Of a stretch of DNA of 64,000 bases, positions 34,961 to 44,982 are shown piece after piece. This DNA comes from Candidatus Sulfomarinibacteraceae bacterium (GTDB lineage: Bacteria > Acidobacteriota > Thermoanaerobaculia > Thermoanaerobaculales > Sulfomarinibacteraceae), in contig CAWCLO010000001.1 in NCBI GenBank assembly GCA_963796455.1, positions 640,001 through 704,000 on the forward strand. The letters run 5' to 3'. Made by a program: the position numbers and the translations under genes. The notes below the pieces were generated by a model, which had not been told where the DNA came from, did no database searches, and saw nothing but the letters and a program-made list of their open reading frames with translations. Position 1 is the first letter of the stretch; the number at the start of each line of letters is the position of its first letter.

Positions 34961-35587
34961 TCATATGTTTTTTGCTACAACAATAAACCCGATCGCTAGT
35001 TGCGCGAACTTTTTTTCAAGTTTATGAGGCAAATAGGGATTCAATCCGATGAGGTGTTCAATCTCGAAATCCTTCAATAACCTCTTCAGATCACCTGCAG
35101 TGCATTCAGCCACATGCCCGTGGGTCGGGTTTTTTAAAAGCGCCAGTGAAAACCGACCTTTCCTCAGGTTGTTCAGGTACATCAACGACCGATATACGTA
35201 TTTGTTTGGCGTCGTCAGAACCAGTCTTCCATTCGGTTTCAGAATCCTCTGGATCTCAGCGATGACTTTTTCCTGATCGCCGATATGCTCGATGACTTCT
35301 TCCATAACAACGGCATCAAAAGCATCCGAATTGAAATCCGTATCTGCAATATCTCCGATGACGATATCTACCGTCTCAGGTACCTTTGATTTGAGTTTTT
35401 CGGCCAGGTTATCAGAAAGTTCGAGACCCGTTATATCTTTGCCATTCAGCTCGTTGATAACCCTGCCATAACCTGGACCAACTTCGAGAATTTTTCCGTC
35501 TATACTCTTGACAATTTCTAAAAATTTTTCTCGTTCGAGATTTCTGAATTTCCAACTCGAGATCTCATCTTCCCAGATCTGGTCCAT
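34961..35587 (-). CDS. Class I SAM-dependent methyltransferase, AT-rich
   Basis: ILEVGPGYG, FDAVVMEEVIEH, ILKPNGRLVLTTPN. Confidence 0.9.
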   Translation of the reverse strand: MDQIWEDEISSWKFRNLEREKFLEIVKSIDGKILEVGPGYGRVINELNGKDITGLELSDNLAEKLKSKVPETVDIVIGDIADTDFNSDAFDAVVMEEVIEHIGDQEKVIAEIQRILKPNGRLVLTTPNKYVYRSLMYLNNLRKGRFSLALLKNPTHGHVAECTAGDLKRLLKDFEIEHLIGLNPYLPHKLEKKFAQLAIGFIVVAKNI

Positions 35588-35602
35588 GGGGCACCTTTCT
35601 TT

Positions 35603-35806
35603 TCACAGGGTCCAACTCCGGCTCACCATACCCGGGGCAAAGCGCAGTTCTTCGAGGCCTTCGTATTTTATTTCGGGCGCAAACTCGAGGGGAAACGGAA
35701 TCGTCTCCGTCTGCCATCCCTCGGGCGTGGGCAGGAAAAACGACGGCACGGCGACTTCTTCTGCCGCAGCGACAACGCCTACCGAAATCAGGAGAAGCAC
35801 GACCAT
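35603..35806 (-). pseudogene. Probably truncated secreted-protein gene
   Basis: Signal-like segment then PEGWQTETIPFPLEFAP...LRFAPGM, ending just before the AT-rich block. Confidence 0.4.
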
Positions 35807-36036
35807 GAAAGTCCGGAACACCAATGCCTCCCTCTTCAAGTTGCCCCAGAGTAGATCATCTCGAGCAAATCCCGGATCCATCCACCCAGCTTCGTCTGTG
35901 AAATGGCAGGCTCCGCGCTTTCAGTACAACAACCGCTACGAAGTCCGCGGACGATACCCGCTGACCCAAACACCGAGAACGAAGATTTGAGCCATAGGCG
36001 GTTGAGAGCATCGTCACCGAGCTCCCCAACAATCCA

Positions 36037-36504
36037 TCACGGGGTTTCCGCAGGATGTTGGCGGCGGATGGACTGGATCACTTCGTCGAGAGTCTGGAGA
36101 AAACGCGAACGATCCCGCTTTGTGAGTGGCGGAGGACCACCCATGATCTCACCGGCGCCGCGAAGTTCCGACAGGAGATTGCGGGTCGCGAGTGCCCCAC
36201 CGATGTTTTCCTCCGTAAAGGGTTTACCCGTGGAGCCGATGACCCGCGCTCCCTTCTTGATGCACCGACTTGCCAGCGGGATGTCGGCGGTCACGACGAT
36301 GTCAAGACTCTGAACGTGCTCCACGATCCAATCGTCGGCGGCGTCGAAGCCATCCTCCACGACCTCGAGCCTGAGCCACGCCTCATCCGGCGTCCGCATC
36401 CAGGAGTTGGCCACCAGCGTGACCTCCAGGCCGTATCTTTTTGCGACGCGATAGACCTCGTTTTTGACCGGACACGCGTCGGCGTCGATGAAGATATGAA
36501 GCAA
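36037..36504 (-). CDS. yaiI: YaiI/YqxD (UPF0178) family protein
   Basis: IDADACPVK, DAADDWI, VVTADIPLA, GGPPP...DRSRF. Confidence 0.92.
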   Translation of the reverse strand: MLHIFIDADACPVKNEVYRVAKRYGLEVTLVANSWMRTPDEAWLRLEVVEDGFDAADDWIVEHVQSLDIVVTADIPLASRCIKKGARVIGSTGKPFTEENIGGALATRNLLSELRGAGEIMGGPPPLTKRDRSRFLQTLDEVIQSIRRQHPAETP

Positions 36505-36704
36505 TAGAACCGCCCCAGACTGCAAACCAGGATTCGGGCCCCGTCACTCGGCATGCACGGCCCGTCGCAGGGAGCATACCGAAGTTCACTCGGACTGCAG
36601 ATTTCTCCCGGCCCAATCGGTGATGAGTTCTTGCCTGTAACACCCTCACCCGGTGTCGGGAAATCCCCAACACGCCGGTTTCAGAGCGTGAGAGAATCCC
36701 CACC

Positions 36705-39107
36705 ATGTTGATCGATTGTGATCACTGTGGCCTGCCCATCCCGGCGGGTTTGATTGAAGAAGGCGTCCCGCTTCAGTTCTGCTGCACCGGCTGTCGGGTG
36801 GCCTATGAAGTGATTCACGAGCACGGGCTCGACGGCTACTACGACATCAAGGCACGGATCGAGGCGCCGGACCAGGCCGCCCAACCGAGCGGCAAGTCTT
36901 TTGCCGAGTTTGACGACCCGGCTTTCCACGAACTCTACTGCCGCAAGCTTTCCTCAGGTCTCGAGACCGTCGAGTTGTATCTCGAAGGCGTGCACTGTGC
37001 GGCCTGTGTGTGGTTGGTCGAGAAACTGACCGTCGTGATGGGTGGAGTGGCTGAAGTCCGGCTCGACCTCGGCCGCTCGCTGGCCGGCGTGACCTGGGAC
37101 CCGAAAACCACGACCCTGTCCCAGATTGCCCGATTCCTCGACTCGATGGGTTACGCGCCCCACCCCTTTCGTGGCGTCGAGGCGCGCGATATGGCGCGAC
37201 GCGAAGAACGGCGCCTCCTGATCCGGATAGCCATCGCCGGGGTGGTTGCAGGCAACGTGATGCTGATCGCATTCGCCCTTTATGGCGGTCATTTCCACGG
37301 TATCTCGGAAGAATTCAGCAACTTCTTTCGCTGGGTCAGTCTCGGGCTGTCGCTCCCTTCGGTTTTGTGGTGCGCATCGATCTTCTACCGCGGCGCATGG
37401 GGCGCATTGAGGACCCGCACGCTCCACATGGATCTGCCGATCGCGGTGGGTATTCTGGCCGGTTTCATCCAGGGCACCGTCAACACGGTGCGCGGAACCG
37501 GGGAGGTCTACTTCGATTCAGTCACGGCCTTGATCTTTTTCCTTCTCATCGGGCGCTTCCTGCAACGCCGCCAGCAGCGAGCCGCGGCCTCTTCGACGGA
37601 GCTGTTGTTTTCCTTGGCGCCATCGGTCGCTCGACTGGTGGAAGACAGCGGCGTCCGCGAGGTGCCTCTCGAGGCCCTGACCCAGGGATCGAGGGTCGAG
37701 GTGCGGGCCGGTGATTCGGTGCCGGCCGACGGGATCGTGGTCGAGGGCGCATCGACTCTCGACCGCTCCTTGTTGACCGGAGAATCGCTGCCCGAACCGG
37801 TGAGCCCCGGTGACGCCATCCACGCCGGAACCGTCAACATGAGCGGCCGATTGTTCGTCGAGGTCCGCAGTACGGGAGAAGACACCCGCGTCGGGCGGCT
37901 GATGCGATTGGTCGAAGAGGGAGCCATGCGGCGGGCGCCCGTGGTTTTGCTGGCTGACCGCATCTCGGGTTGGTTTGTCGCTGCGGTCCTCATCCTCGCC
38001 GCCCTCACGGTGCTGATCTGGTGGCGTCTCGACCCCGAACACGCCATTCAACACGCGGTGGCCCTCCTGATCGTCAGTTGCCCCTGCGCCCTCGGTCTCG
38101 CCACCCCCCTGGCCGTCAGCGCCGCCATCGGCCGCGCGGCACGGAAAAAGATCCTCATCAAGGGCGGTGACGCCCTCGAGTCCCTGGCCAAACCGGGCCG
38201 CATCCTGCTCGACAAGACCGGCACCGTGACTGAAGGCCGACAGGCAGTTGTCCGGTGGTGGGGCGACACCGAGGTTCGTGGCGCGGTGGCGGCCATCGAG
38301 CGCCACTCCGCCCATCCCGTAGCCCGGGCCCTCGCCGAAGCGGGGGGCGAAAAGCCTCTACCCGAGGTCAGCGATGTGCGCGAGATCCCGGGCGCCGGGA
38401 TGATCGGAAGGTGGGGTGAGTCGGAGGTGCTGATCGCCTCGGCCGGCCACGCGCGGAAAACCATCGGTGAGTTGCCCGGCAGGTTTTCGGACGCCGTGAA
38501 CGATCTGGCTGGCGATGGGTCGAGTCCAGTGGTTGTGGTCGTCGATGGCCGCGCAGTTGCGGTGGTCGGTATCGGCGACCCGGTGCGCGGTGACAGCGCC
38601 GCGTCGATCGGCAAGATGATCGATCGGGGTTGGCAAGTCGAGGTCCTTTCCGGCGACCATCAGCTGGTTGTGGACGCCATCGCGCAGCAGATTGGCGTCG
38701 ATCCGCGGGAGGCCCGCGGCGAATCGACTCCTGAAGAAAAACTGGAGATCGTCCGCCAGAGCGAGACGGCAACCACGACGGTCATGGTCGGCGACGGTGT
38801 CAACGATGCTGCCGCGCTGGCCGCGGCCACCGTCGGCATCGGTGTCCACGGCGGGGCCGAAGCGACTCTCGCCGCCGCCGATGTCTATCTCGGGCGACCC
38901 GGTCTCTCACCGATCGTGGAGCTGTTGGACGGCGCCCGCCGCACCCTCGGAGTGATCCGTCGCAATCTCGTCTTCTCGTTGCTCTACAACGTCATCGCCG
39001 TGACCTTTGCCATCACCGGCCACATGAGCCCCATCATGGCGGCGATCCTCATGCCGCTGAGTTCGATGACGGTCGTTTTGAGTTCGTACCGGGCAAAAAC
39101 ATTCTGA
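36705..39107 (+). CDS. ccoI: Copper-translocating P1B ATPase for cbb3 assembly
   Basis: CDHC..FCCTGC, HCAAC, LTGES, CPC, DKTGT, HP, GDGVND. Confidence 0.93.
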   Translation: MLIDCDHCGLPIPAGLIEEGVPLQFCCTGCRVAYEVIHEHGLDGYYDIKARIEAPDQAAQPSGKSFAEFDDPAFHELYCRKLSSGLETVELYLEGVHCAACVWLVEKLTVVMGGVAEVRLDLGRSLAGVTWDPKTTTLSQIARFLDSMGYAPHPFRGVEARDMARREERRLLIRIAIAGVVAGNVMLIAFALYGGHFHGISEEFSNFFRWVSLGLSLPSVLWCASIFYRGAWGALRTRTLHMDLPIAVGILAGFIQGTVNTVRGTGEVYFDSVTALIFFLLIGRFLQRRQQRAAASSTELLFSLAPSVARLVEDSGVREVPLEALTQGSRVEVRAGDSVPADGIVVEGASTLDRSLLTGESLPEPVSPGDAIHAGTVNMSGRLFVEVRSTGEDTRVGRLMRLVEEGAMRRAPVVLLADRISGWFVAAVLILAALTVLIWWRLDPEHAIQHAVALLIVSCPCALGLATPLAVSAAIGRAARKKILIKGGDALESLAKPGRILLDKTGTVTEGRQAVVRWWGDTEVRGAVAAIERHSAHPVARALAEAGGEKPLPEVSDVREIPGAGMIGRWGESEVLIASAGHARKTIGELPGRFSDAVNDLAGDGSSPVVVVVDGRAVAVVGIGDPVRGDSAASIGKMIDRGWQVEVLSGDHQLVVDAIAQQIGVDPREARGESTPEEKLEIVRQSETATTTVMVGDGVNDAAALAAATVGIGVHGGAEATLAAADVYLGRPGLSPIVELLDGARRTLGVIRRNLVFSLLYNVIAVTFAITGHMSPIMAAILMPLSSMTVVLSSYRAKTF

Positions 39108-39110
39108 AGG

Positions 39111-39215
39111 TTTGAGAGTTGAGTTTTAAGTTTTGAGTTCGCGCTCAACCATTTTTGCAATCATCCTGGCGGCGCCGACAACTCATAACTCATAACTCAA
39201 AACTCAAAACTTAAT
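39111..39215. repeat. Inverted heptamer arrays (GAGTTTT)n / (AACTCAW)n
   Basis: Direct reading, between ccoI and ccoS. Confidence 0.88.
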
Positions 39216-39276
39216 ATTGCGTCCGGGACAATTCGAAAGCCGAAATCTGAGCCCGTGCGACTACAATCGTCTCGTC

Positions 39277-39483
39277 ATGTCAGCGGTCTACATCGCCCTG
39301 CCCTTTGCCCTGCTGCTGGCCCTGCTCTTCCTGGCCGGCTTTATCTGGTCGGTCAAATCCGGCCAGATGGATGACCTCGATACCCCGGCGATGAGAATTT
39401 TCGGCGAGGACGATGTGAGGAAGAAGGCGTCGGACACCGACGACGGCAAAACGGCCCACAAAAACGAAGGCCCCGGTATGTAA
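39277..39483 (+). CDS. ccoS: cbb3 oxidase maturation protein
   Basis: TM followed by [18 protein letters not shown]. Confidence 0.93.
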   Translation: MSAVYIALPFALLLALLFLAGFIWSVKSGQMDDLDTPAMRIFGEDDVRKKASDTDDGKTAHKNEGPGM

Positions 39484-39848
39484 CCCCCACCGCCCCCCCG
39501 GCACAGCACCGGTCATGATATCCACCAGACGCTGCTCCAGACTCGTGTTCCCCGGAGATTCGATCGCCTGCGCTTTACGCGTTCGCGGAGCCCGGAGCAT
39601 GCCCTCCCCCTCAAGAACAACCCCAACCCGCCTTTCACCAGGGAGCGCCCTCGTGACAGAACTCACCACCTCAACCGAGCCGGCGTCCGGGCGCCGGAGC
39701 GGTTCCTTCCGGGTTGTCAGTTTGCAGTAGTCACCAGTTGACAGCCTGCCAGCTGACAAATTGTGATTGAAATATAGAGGTTTAAGATTCAACGGTTATT
39801 GGTTCAGGTCAAAATCGGCAATGCCGACAGTTCGTGGCGCTTCACACG

Positions 39849-40877
39849 TCACTCGATGAACATCGCATCCCCATATGAGAAGAACCGATAGCCTTGCGCC
39901 ACGGCCTCTCGGTAGGCGGCCAACACAGTTTCCTTGTCGGTCAGAGCGCTCACCAACATCACCAGGGTCGATTTCGGCAGATGGAAATTGGTGAGCAGCG
40001 CTCCGACGCCGCGAAACTGAAACCCGGGTGTGATAAAAATCTGAGTCCACCCGTGACCCGCGGCCACCCGACCGGCGCCGACAGCCAGAGCGCCCTCCAA
40101 CGCACGGACGGTTGTGGTCCCCACACAAACGATCCGCCGGTTCTCGTCGAGGGCACGATTCACCGCATCGGCACTCGCGTCGGTGAAGTGGTACCACTCG
40201 GAGTGCATCTCGTGGTCCTCGATCTCTTCCGCCTGCACCGGTCGGAAGGTCCCCAGACCGACGTGGAGGGTGAGGAAGGCTAGCTCACACCCCACCATTC
40301 GGATCTCTTCGAGCAGTTCTTGGGTGAAGTGGAGGCCGGCCGTGGGCGCCGCTACGGCTCCCGGGTTGGCAGCGTAGACCGTTTGGTAGTCCATCCGATC
40401 CGCATCCGAACCGCCTTCCGGGCGCTCGATATATGGAGGTAAGGGCACCTCACCAAGTCGGTCGAGACGATCCAACCCAAGCGCCGGCCTGAACTCGACC
40501 AGCCACCGTCCTTCGCCGAGGTCCTCAATCGGTATCGCCACCCCACCGTCGTCAAGATCCAAGCCTTCACCAGGTCGCACCTTGGCCGAAGGACGGAGCA
40601 AACTGTGCCACCGGTCGTCTTCGACACGACGGAGAAGCAACAACTCGAAACGCCGGCCCGTCGCGCGGTGCGCCCGAAGTCGGGCCGGGATGACGCGGGT
40701 GTCGTTGAACAGGATCAAATCACCCGGGCGCAGCAACCCGGGGAACCGGGAGACTTCGCTGTGAGTCACCGATCCGGAGCCGCGATCGAGGACCATCATG
40801 CGCGAAGTCCCGCGCGGCGCCGGTTTCTGGGCAACCAATTCCATCGGAAGCTCGTAATCGAAGTCATCGGTTCGCAT
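39849..40877 (-). CDS. queA: S-adenosylmethionine:tRNA ribosyltransferase-isomerase
   Basis: FNDTRVIPARL, PLPPYI, AAPTAGLHF, LHVGLGTF, TNFHLPKS, FFSYGDAM. Confidence 0.97.
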   Translation of the reverse strand: MRTDDFDYELPMELVAQKPAPRGTSRMMVLDRGSGSVTHSEVSRFPGLLRPGDLILFNDTRVIPARLRAHRATGRRFELLLLRRVEDDRWHSLLRPSAKVRPGEGLDLDDGGVAIPIEDLGEGRWLVEFRPALGLDRLDRLGEVPLPPYIERPEGGSDADRMDYQTVYAANPGAVAAPTAGLHFTQELLEEIRMVGCELAFLTLHVGLGTFRPVQAEEIEDHEMHSEWYHFTDASADAVNRALDENRRIVCVGTTTVRALEGALAVGAGRVAAGHGWTQIFITPGFQFRGVGALLTNFHLPKSTLVMLVSALTDKETVLAAYREAVAQGYRFFSYGDAMFIE

Positions 40878-40953
40878 CGAGGGAATCATACACATTCAGC
40901 CGTACCAGGGCCTCGGATCGAGCCGAAAGCAACACCGTGCGGAAAACGATTTA

Positions 40954-40990
40954 TGACCGCTTCCGAACACGCGAATCGCACAAACGGACA
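40954..40990 (+). promoter_or_regulatory. Candidate enhancer (UAS) for the sigma54 promoter
   Basis: TGACCG-N4-CGAACA and CGGACA at the same offsets as the sites at 43598-43634. Confidence 0.55.
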
Positions 40991-41028
40991 GACCCCCGCC
41001 CTGGGCGTCTCAAACCGCCCGGATCAGG

Positions 41029-41044
41029 TGGCACGGTGCTTGCT
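41029..41044 (+). promoter_or_regulatory. Sigma54 -24/-12 promoter
   Basis: TGGCACGGTGCTTGCT matches TGGCAC-N5-TTGC. Confidence 0.85.
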
Positions 41045-41138
41045 CAGATGGAGGTGGGAGAGAACCATGACAATGTTCACAGAATGCCGCCTCGCACTCA
41101 GGACGGTGCTTCGAACCGATTAGGTGAAAGGAATCGCC

Positions 41139-43583
41139 ATGGATGGATGGATCACTGAAATACGATTCGCGCTGAGGCACCTCGCGAGAAGCCCCATGTT
41201 TTCGATCCTGGTTATTGTCACCCTGGCTCTCGGCATCGGTGCGACCACCGCGATATTCAGTGTGGTCAACGGCGTGCTGCTGAGTGAACTCCAGTACCCC
41301 GATTCGGACCGCATGATCAGAGTGCAGACCCATTTCCAGGGTCGGGTCGGAAACTCGAGCGCCGCGGCCAACTTCGTCGATTATCGAAAATTCGACAGCC
41401 TAGAATCCGTCACCTTCTATCGCTATCAGCGCTGGTACCTCGGCGACTCACCCGAGCCCCGGTATCCCCTCGGGGTCGAGGTCAGTCACGAGTTCTTCCA
41501 TGTCGCCGGTACCCAGCCCGCCCTCGGCCGTGGATTCACACCCGATGACGAGCGACCCGACACCGACGTCGTGGTGATCAGCCACGGTCTGTGGCAGAGC
41601 CATTTTGCCGGTCGTCCCGATATCGTTGGGCGGAAAATAGTCCTCGACGGTATTCCATTCAATGTGATCGGTGTGGTCCCGGCCGGTTTTGATTTCCCGT
41701 ATTCGGAAGTGGAGGTGTGGCGGCCGCTGGCATTCGATGTGGCGGCAACGGGCCACCGCACCGATCATCTCTACTCGGTGATCGCCCGGGTCACAGACGA
41801 TGTCACCATCGAAGAAGCTCAGGCCGAATTCGTCGCCTACGGTGAGCGCCTGGTCCGTGAATACCCCGAGAACTATAAGGACTTTCAATACGGCATCTCG
41901 GCCGTCACACTACTCGAATCCCAGGTGGGCTCGGTCCGTGCCGCGCTTCTCGTGCTGATGGGCGCGGTGGTTTTTGTTCTGCTGATCGCGGTGGCCAACG
42001 TTGCCAATCTCCTGCTCGTGCGGTCTGAAGCCCGCAATCACGAACTCGAGGTACGGTCTGCACTCGGCGCGTCGCGGCGGCGCATCCTGCGGCACCTTTT
42101 TGCAGAATCGCTCGTACTTTCTCTCGCAGGAGGCGCTCTGGGTGTGTTGCTGGCTTTTCTCGGCACCAGAGTATTACTGACCCTGGCCGGAGATTCGGTC
42201 CCGCGTACCGAGAACATCGCCATCGATTTTCGGGTCCTCATGGTCACGGCACTTGTCTCGATCGCAGCAGGGCTCCTGGCCGGGGCCTTCCCGGCGCTGA
42301 AAATCTCGGGTCTCGGCGGCGGAAAGACCCTCAGGGCCGGTACCCGTGCGGTGGCGGCAGGTGGCCGCAACGGTCTGAGGAACGGTCTGGTTGTGGCTGA
42401 AATCGCGGCAGCGGTGATCCTCGTTGTCGGGTCAGGCCTCATGATCCGCACCCTCACCGAACTGACCCGAGTCGACGTGGGTTTCCGAACTGAAAACATC
42501 CTTACAACGCGGATCTCACTGCCGGTTTCGATTTATCCAAGCGGGCCGCAGGTGGCGGAGTACTTCCGCACCGCCGAGGAACGCATCGAGGCGCTCCCCG
42601 GTGTGATTTCGGCAGGATTCGTCCGGCAGCTTCCCTTGGTGAGCGGCTATGGCACCTATTCGATCCAGATCGAGGGGCGCGAGGTCGACACCATCGGTGA
42701 GTCACCCCACACCTTTTTCCAACTGACCTCGCCGGGCTATTTCAGCGCGCTTGGACTGGCACCGGTTCGCGGCCGTCTGCACGACGATCGCGACACCGAG
42801 GGGAGCCCCCTGGCCGTCACCGTCAATCAGGCCTTCGTCCGCCAACTCCTGGATGGTGAAAAGGCCCTCGGTCGCCGCGTGAAACGTTGGGGCGACCAAC
42901 AACCGTGGGCCGAGATCGTCGGGGTCGTGCCCGACGTCCAGCAAAGGGACCTGGAAAGGGAGCCCTACCCAACGATTTACGCGGCACTGGCGCAGGTGGC
43001 GGTGCGAGGCCTTCCGGCGGACAGTTTCGAACTCGGCTTCGCGCGCCGCCTCTATCTGGCAGTCCGTACCGAGCGCGACGCGGCGGGATTCACAGAATCC
43101 ATTCGGTCCATTCTGCGTGAGCTCGGGCCCGGGGTCCCACTCGGCTCATTTCAGACGATGGCTGATATCCGCGCAGGCGGCGCCGCCAGCCGCGAATTTC
43201 CGACAGTATTGCTGGTTGTCTTCGGCGTCATCGCATTGACCTTGGCTGTGGTCGGCGTCTACGGAGTCGTGGCATTTGCGGCCAGCCGGCGGTTTTTCGA
43301 AATCGGCATCCGGATCGCCCTCGGTGCAAAGCCGTCACAGATTCGACGCCTGGTGGTCGGTCACGGGCTGTTCCCGGTGTCGGTCGGCATACTGATCGGG
43401 CTGTTGGGAGCGGTGCTTGCCGGCCGTTTTCTGCAGAGCCTGCTTTATAACGTTCGTCCTTTTGATCCGATCACCCTGATCGCGGTTCCGATCGTCATCA
43501 TCACCGCAGCATTTTTCGCGAGTTTGATCCCCGCACTCAGGGCTTCAAGGGTCGATCCTTCAACAGTGTTGAGGAGCAACTGA
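41139..43583 (+). CDS. ADOP-type ABC permease
   Basis: LALGIGATTAIFSVVN, LLIAVANVANLLL, EIGIRIALGA. Confidence 0.93.
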   Translation: MDGWITEIRFALRHLARSPMFSILVIVTLALGIGATTAIFSVVNGVLLSELQYPDSDRMIRVQTHFQGRVGNSSAAANFVDYRKFDSLESVTFYRYQRWYLGDSPEPRYPLGVEVSHEFFHVAGTQPALGRGFTPDDERPDTDVVVISHGLWQSHFAGRPDIVGRKIVLDGIPFNVIGVVPAGFDFPYSEVEVWRPLAFDVAATGHRTDHLYSVIARVTDDVTIEEAQAEFVAYGERLVREYPENYKDFQYGISAVTLLESQVGSVRAALLVLMGAVVFVLLIAVANVANLLLVRSEARNHELEVRSALGASRRRILRHLFAESLVLSLAGGALGVLLAFLGTRVLLTLAGDSVPRTENIAIDFRVLMVTALVSIAAGLLAGAFPALKISGLGGGKTLRAGTRAVAAGGRNGLRNGLVVAEIAAAVILVVGSGLMIRTLTELTRVDVGFRTENILTTRISLPVSIYPSGPQVAEYFRTAEERIEALPGVISAGFVRQLPLVSGYGTYSIQIEGREVDTIGESPHTFFQLTSPGYFSALGLAPVRGRLHDDRDTEGSPLAVTVNQAFVRQLLDGEKALGRRVKRWGDQQPWAEIVGVVPDVQQRDLEREPYPTIYAALAQVAVRGLPADSFELGFARRLYLAVRTERDAAGFTESIRSILRELGPGVPLGSFQTMADIRAGGAASREFPTVLLVVFGVIALTLAVVGVYGVVAFAASRRFFEIGIRIALGAKPSQIRRLVVGHGLFPVSVGILIGLLGAVLAGRFLQSLLYNVRPFDPITLIAVPIVIITAAFFASLIPALRASRVDPSTVLRSN

Positions 43584-43595
43584 TGACGGGTTCCA

Positions 43596-43615
43596 GGTGT
43601 TCGATATCGAACACC
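43596..43615. promoter_or_regulatory. Perfect 20-bp palindrome, candidate enhancer
   Basis: GGTGTTCGATATCGAACACC upstream of a sigma54 promoter. Confidence 0.65.
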
Positions 43616-43673
43616 CGCCTCCCGCAGACGGACGAACACGATTCCAAACAGGGGGTTGTGACTCTTCGGTGGC

Positions 43674-43689
43674 TGGCACACGCTTTGCG
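43674..43689 (+). promoter_or_regulatory. Sigma54 -24/-12 promoter
   Basis: TGGCACACGCTTTGCG with GG and GC 12 nt apart. Confidence 0.8.
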
Positions 43690-43710
43690 ATAGGACGCAC
43701 CAGGAAGTAC

Positions 43711-44967
43711 ATGATGGATATTCTTCGCACTGGAATCACTGAAAAGAAACGCCGCAACCGGTGGATCCTCGGAGCCGTTGGGGTCGCCGCAGTGGTCCTG
43801 GTGACGGCTGCCGTCGCAAGCCTCGACCCTGCCGCCCCGGGGGTTGACCGCGACACGGTGTGGATCGGTACGGTCGAGCGCGGCACCCTCGTCCGCCAGG
43901 TTCGAGGTCACGGCACCCTGGTGCCGGAAAACCTGCGCTGGGTCCAGGCCCAGACCACCGGTCGTGTCGACCGGGTCTTTGTCGATCCGGGTCAACGGGT
44001 CAAAGCTGACGAAGTGATTCTCGAACTCATCAACTCCGAGGTTCAGCGGTCTGCCGTCGATGCGGAGAACGCCCTCCTCCGGGCCGAGGCCGAGCTGGAG
44101 AGTCTGCGGATGACCCTCATCTCCACCGAGCTCGATCAACAGGCCCAGGCCGCCGAAGTCGACGCCGACTATATCCGCGCAACCCTGCAGGCCGAGGCGA
44201 ATCGTGAGCTTTTCGAGCAAGGTTTGATTTCGGACATTCAGCTTCGATCATCGGAAGCCGTTGCCGACGCCGTTGCCACACGCCGCGAGATCGAAGGCAG
44301 AAGGTTGCAGATGACCGGCAAAGCGAACCGGGCGTTTCTCGAGGCCAAGCGGGCCGGGGTCGAGCAACAAAGAGCACTGCAACGACTGCGAACCGAGCAA
44401 CTCGATGAACTCGCGGTTCGGGCGGGTATCGACGGAGTGGTGCAGGAGGTCCCGGTCGAAATCGGCCAACAGGTCATGGCCGGTACGATGCTCGCCCGGG
44501 TCGCCGAGCCATCCCGCCTCCAGGCCGAACTTCGGGTACCGGCGACCCGAGCCCGGGACGTGCGCAGTGGTCAGTCGGTAAGCGTCGACACCCGCAACGG
44601 CGTCGTCGCCGGAACGGTGAGTCGCATCGACCCCTCGGTTCAGGAGGGCACCGTCATGATCGAGGTACGGCTTGACGGAAAACTCCCCGAAGGGGCGCGC
44701 CCCGACATGGCCGTCGACGGCACCATCGAGATCGAAAGCCTGAGCGATGTGCTCCACGTCGGGCGGCCGGTGCAGAGTCAGGAAAACGCGACCGTCGGTT
44801 TGTATCGCATCGAAGCCGACGGCGATCACGCGGTTCGGGTTCAGGCAGAACTGGGTCGTGCTTCAGTGGAGGCCATTGAAATCCTCAGAGGTCTCGTTGA
44901 AGGCGATCAGGTGATCCTGTCCGACACCAGCCGTTTTGACGATCACGAACGAATTCGGCTCCGATAA
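43711..44967 (+). CDS. HlyD-type periplasmic adaptor
   Basis: N-terminal TM, VRGHGTLVP, coiled coil, GARPDMAVDG, GLVEGDQVILSD. Confidence 0.9.
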   Translation: MMDILRTGITEKKRRNRWILGAVGVAAVVLVTAAVASLDPAAPGVDRDTVWIGTVERGTLVRQVRGHGTLVPENLRWVQAQTTGRVDRVFVDPGQRVKADEVILELINSEVQRSAVDAENALLRAEAELESLRMTLISTELDQQAQAAEVDADYIRATLQAEANRELFEQGLISDIQLRSSEAVADAVATRREIEGRRLQMTGKANRAFLEAKRAGVEQQRALQRLRTEQLDELAVRAGIDGVVQEVPVEIGQQVMAGTMLARVAEPSRLQAELRVPATRARDVRSGQSVSVDTRNGVVAGTVSRIDPSVQEGTVMIEVRLDGKLPEGARPDMAVDGTIEIESLSDVLHVGRPVQSQENATVGLYRIEADGDHAVRVQAELGRASVEAIEILRGLVEGDQVILSDTSRFDDHERIRLR

Positions 44968-44982
44968 AGGAAGGGCAATTCA

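Noticed and set aside
31979..36504. Integron cassette array
   Set aside because: No RYYYAAC...GTTRRRY attC structures found by eye; several genes are only a few nt apart; no intI.
36510..36700. tRNA or riboswitch between yaiI and ccoI
   Set aside because: No cloverleaf, T-loop consensus or known aptamer motif recognised.
39484..39848. Gene or ncRNA between ccoS and queA (ORF 39280-39792, hairpin ~39714-39759)
   Set aside because: No recognisable motif; the ORF overlaps ccoS antisense; the 12/14-bp hairpin alone is not enough to call a feature.
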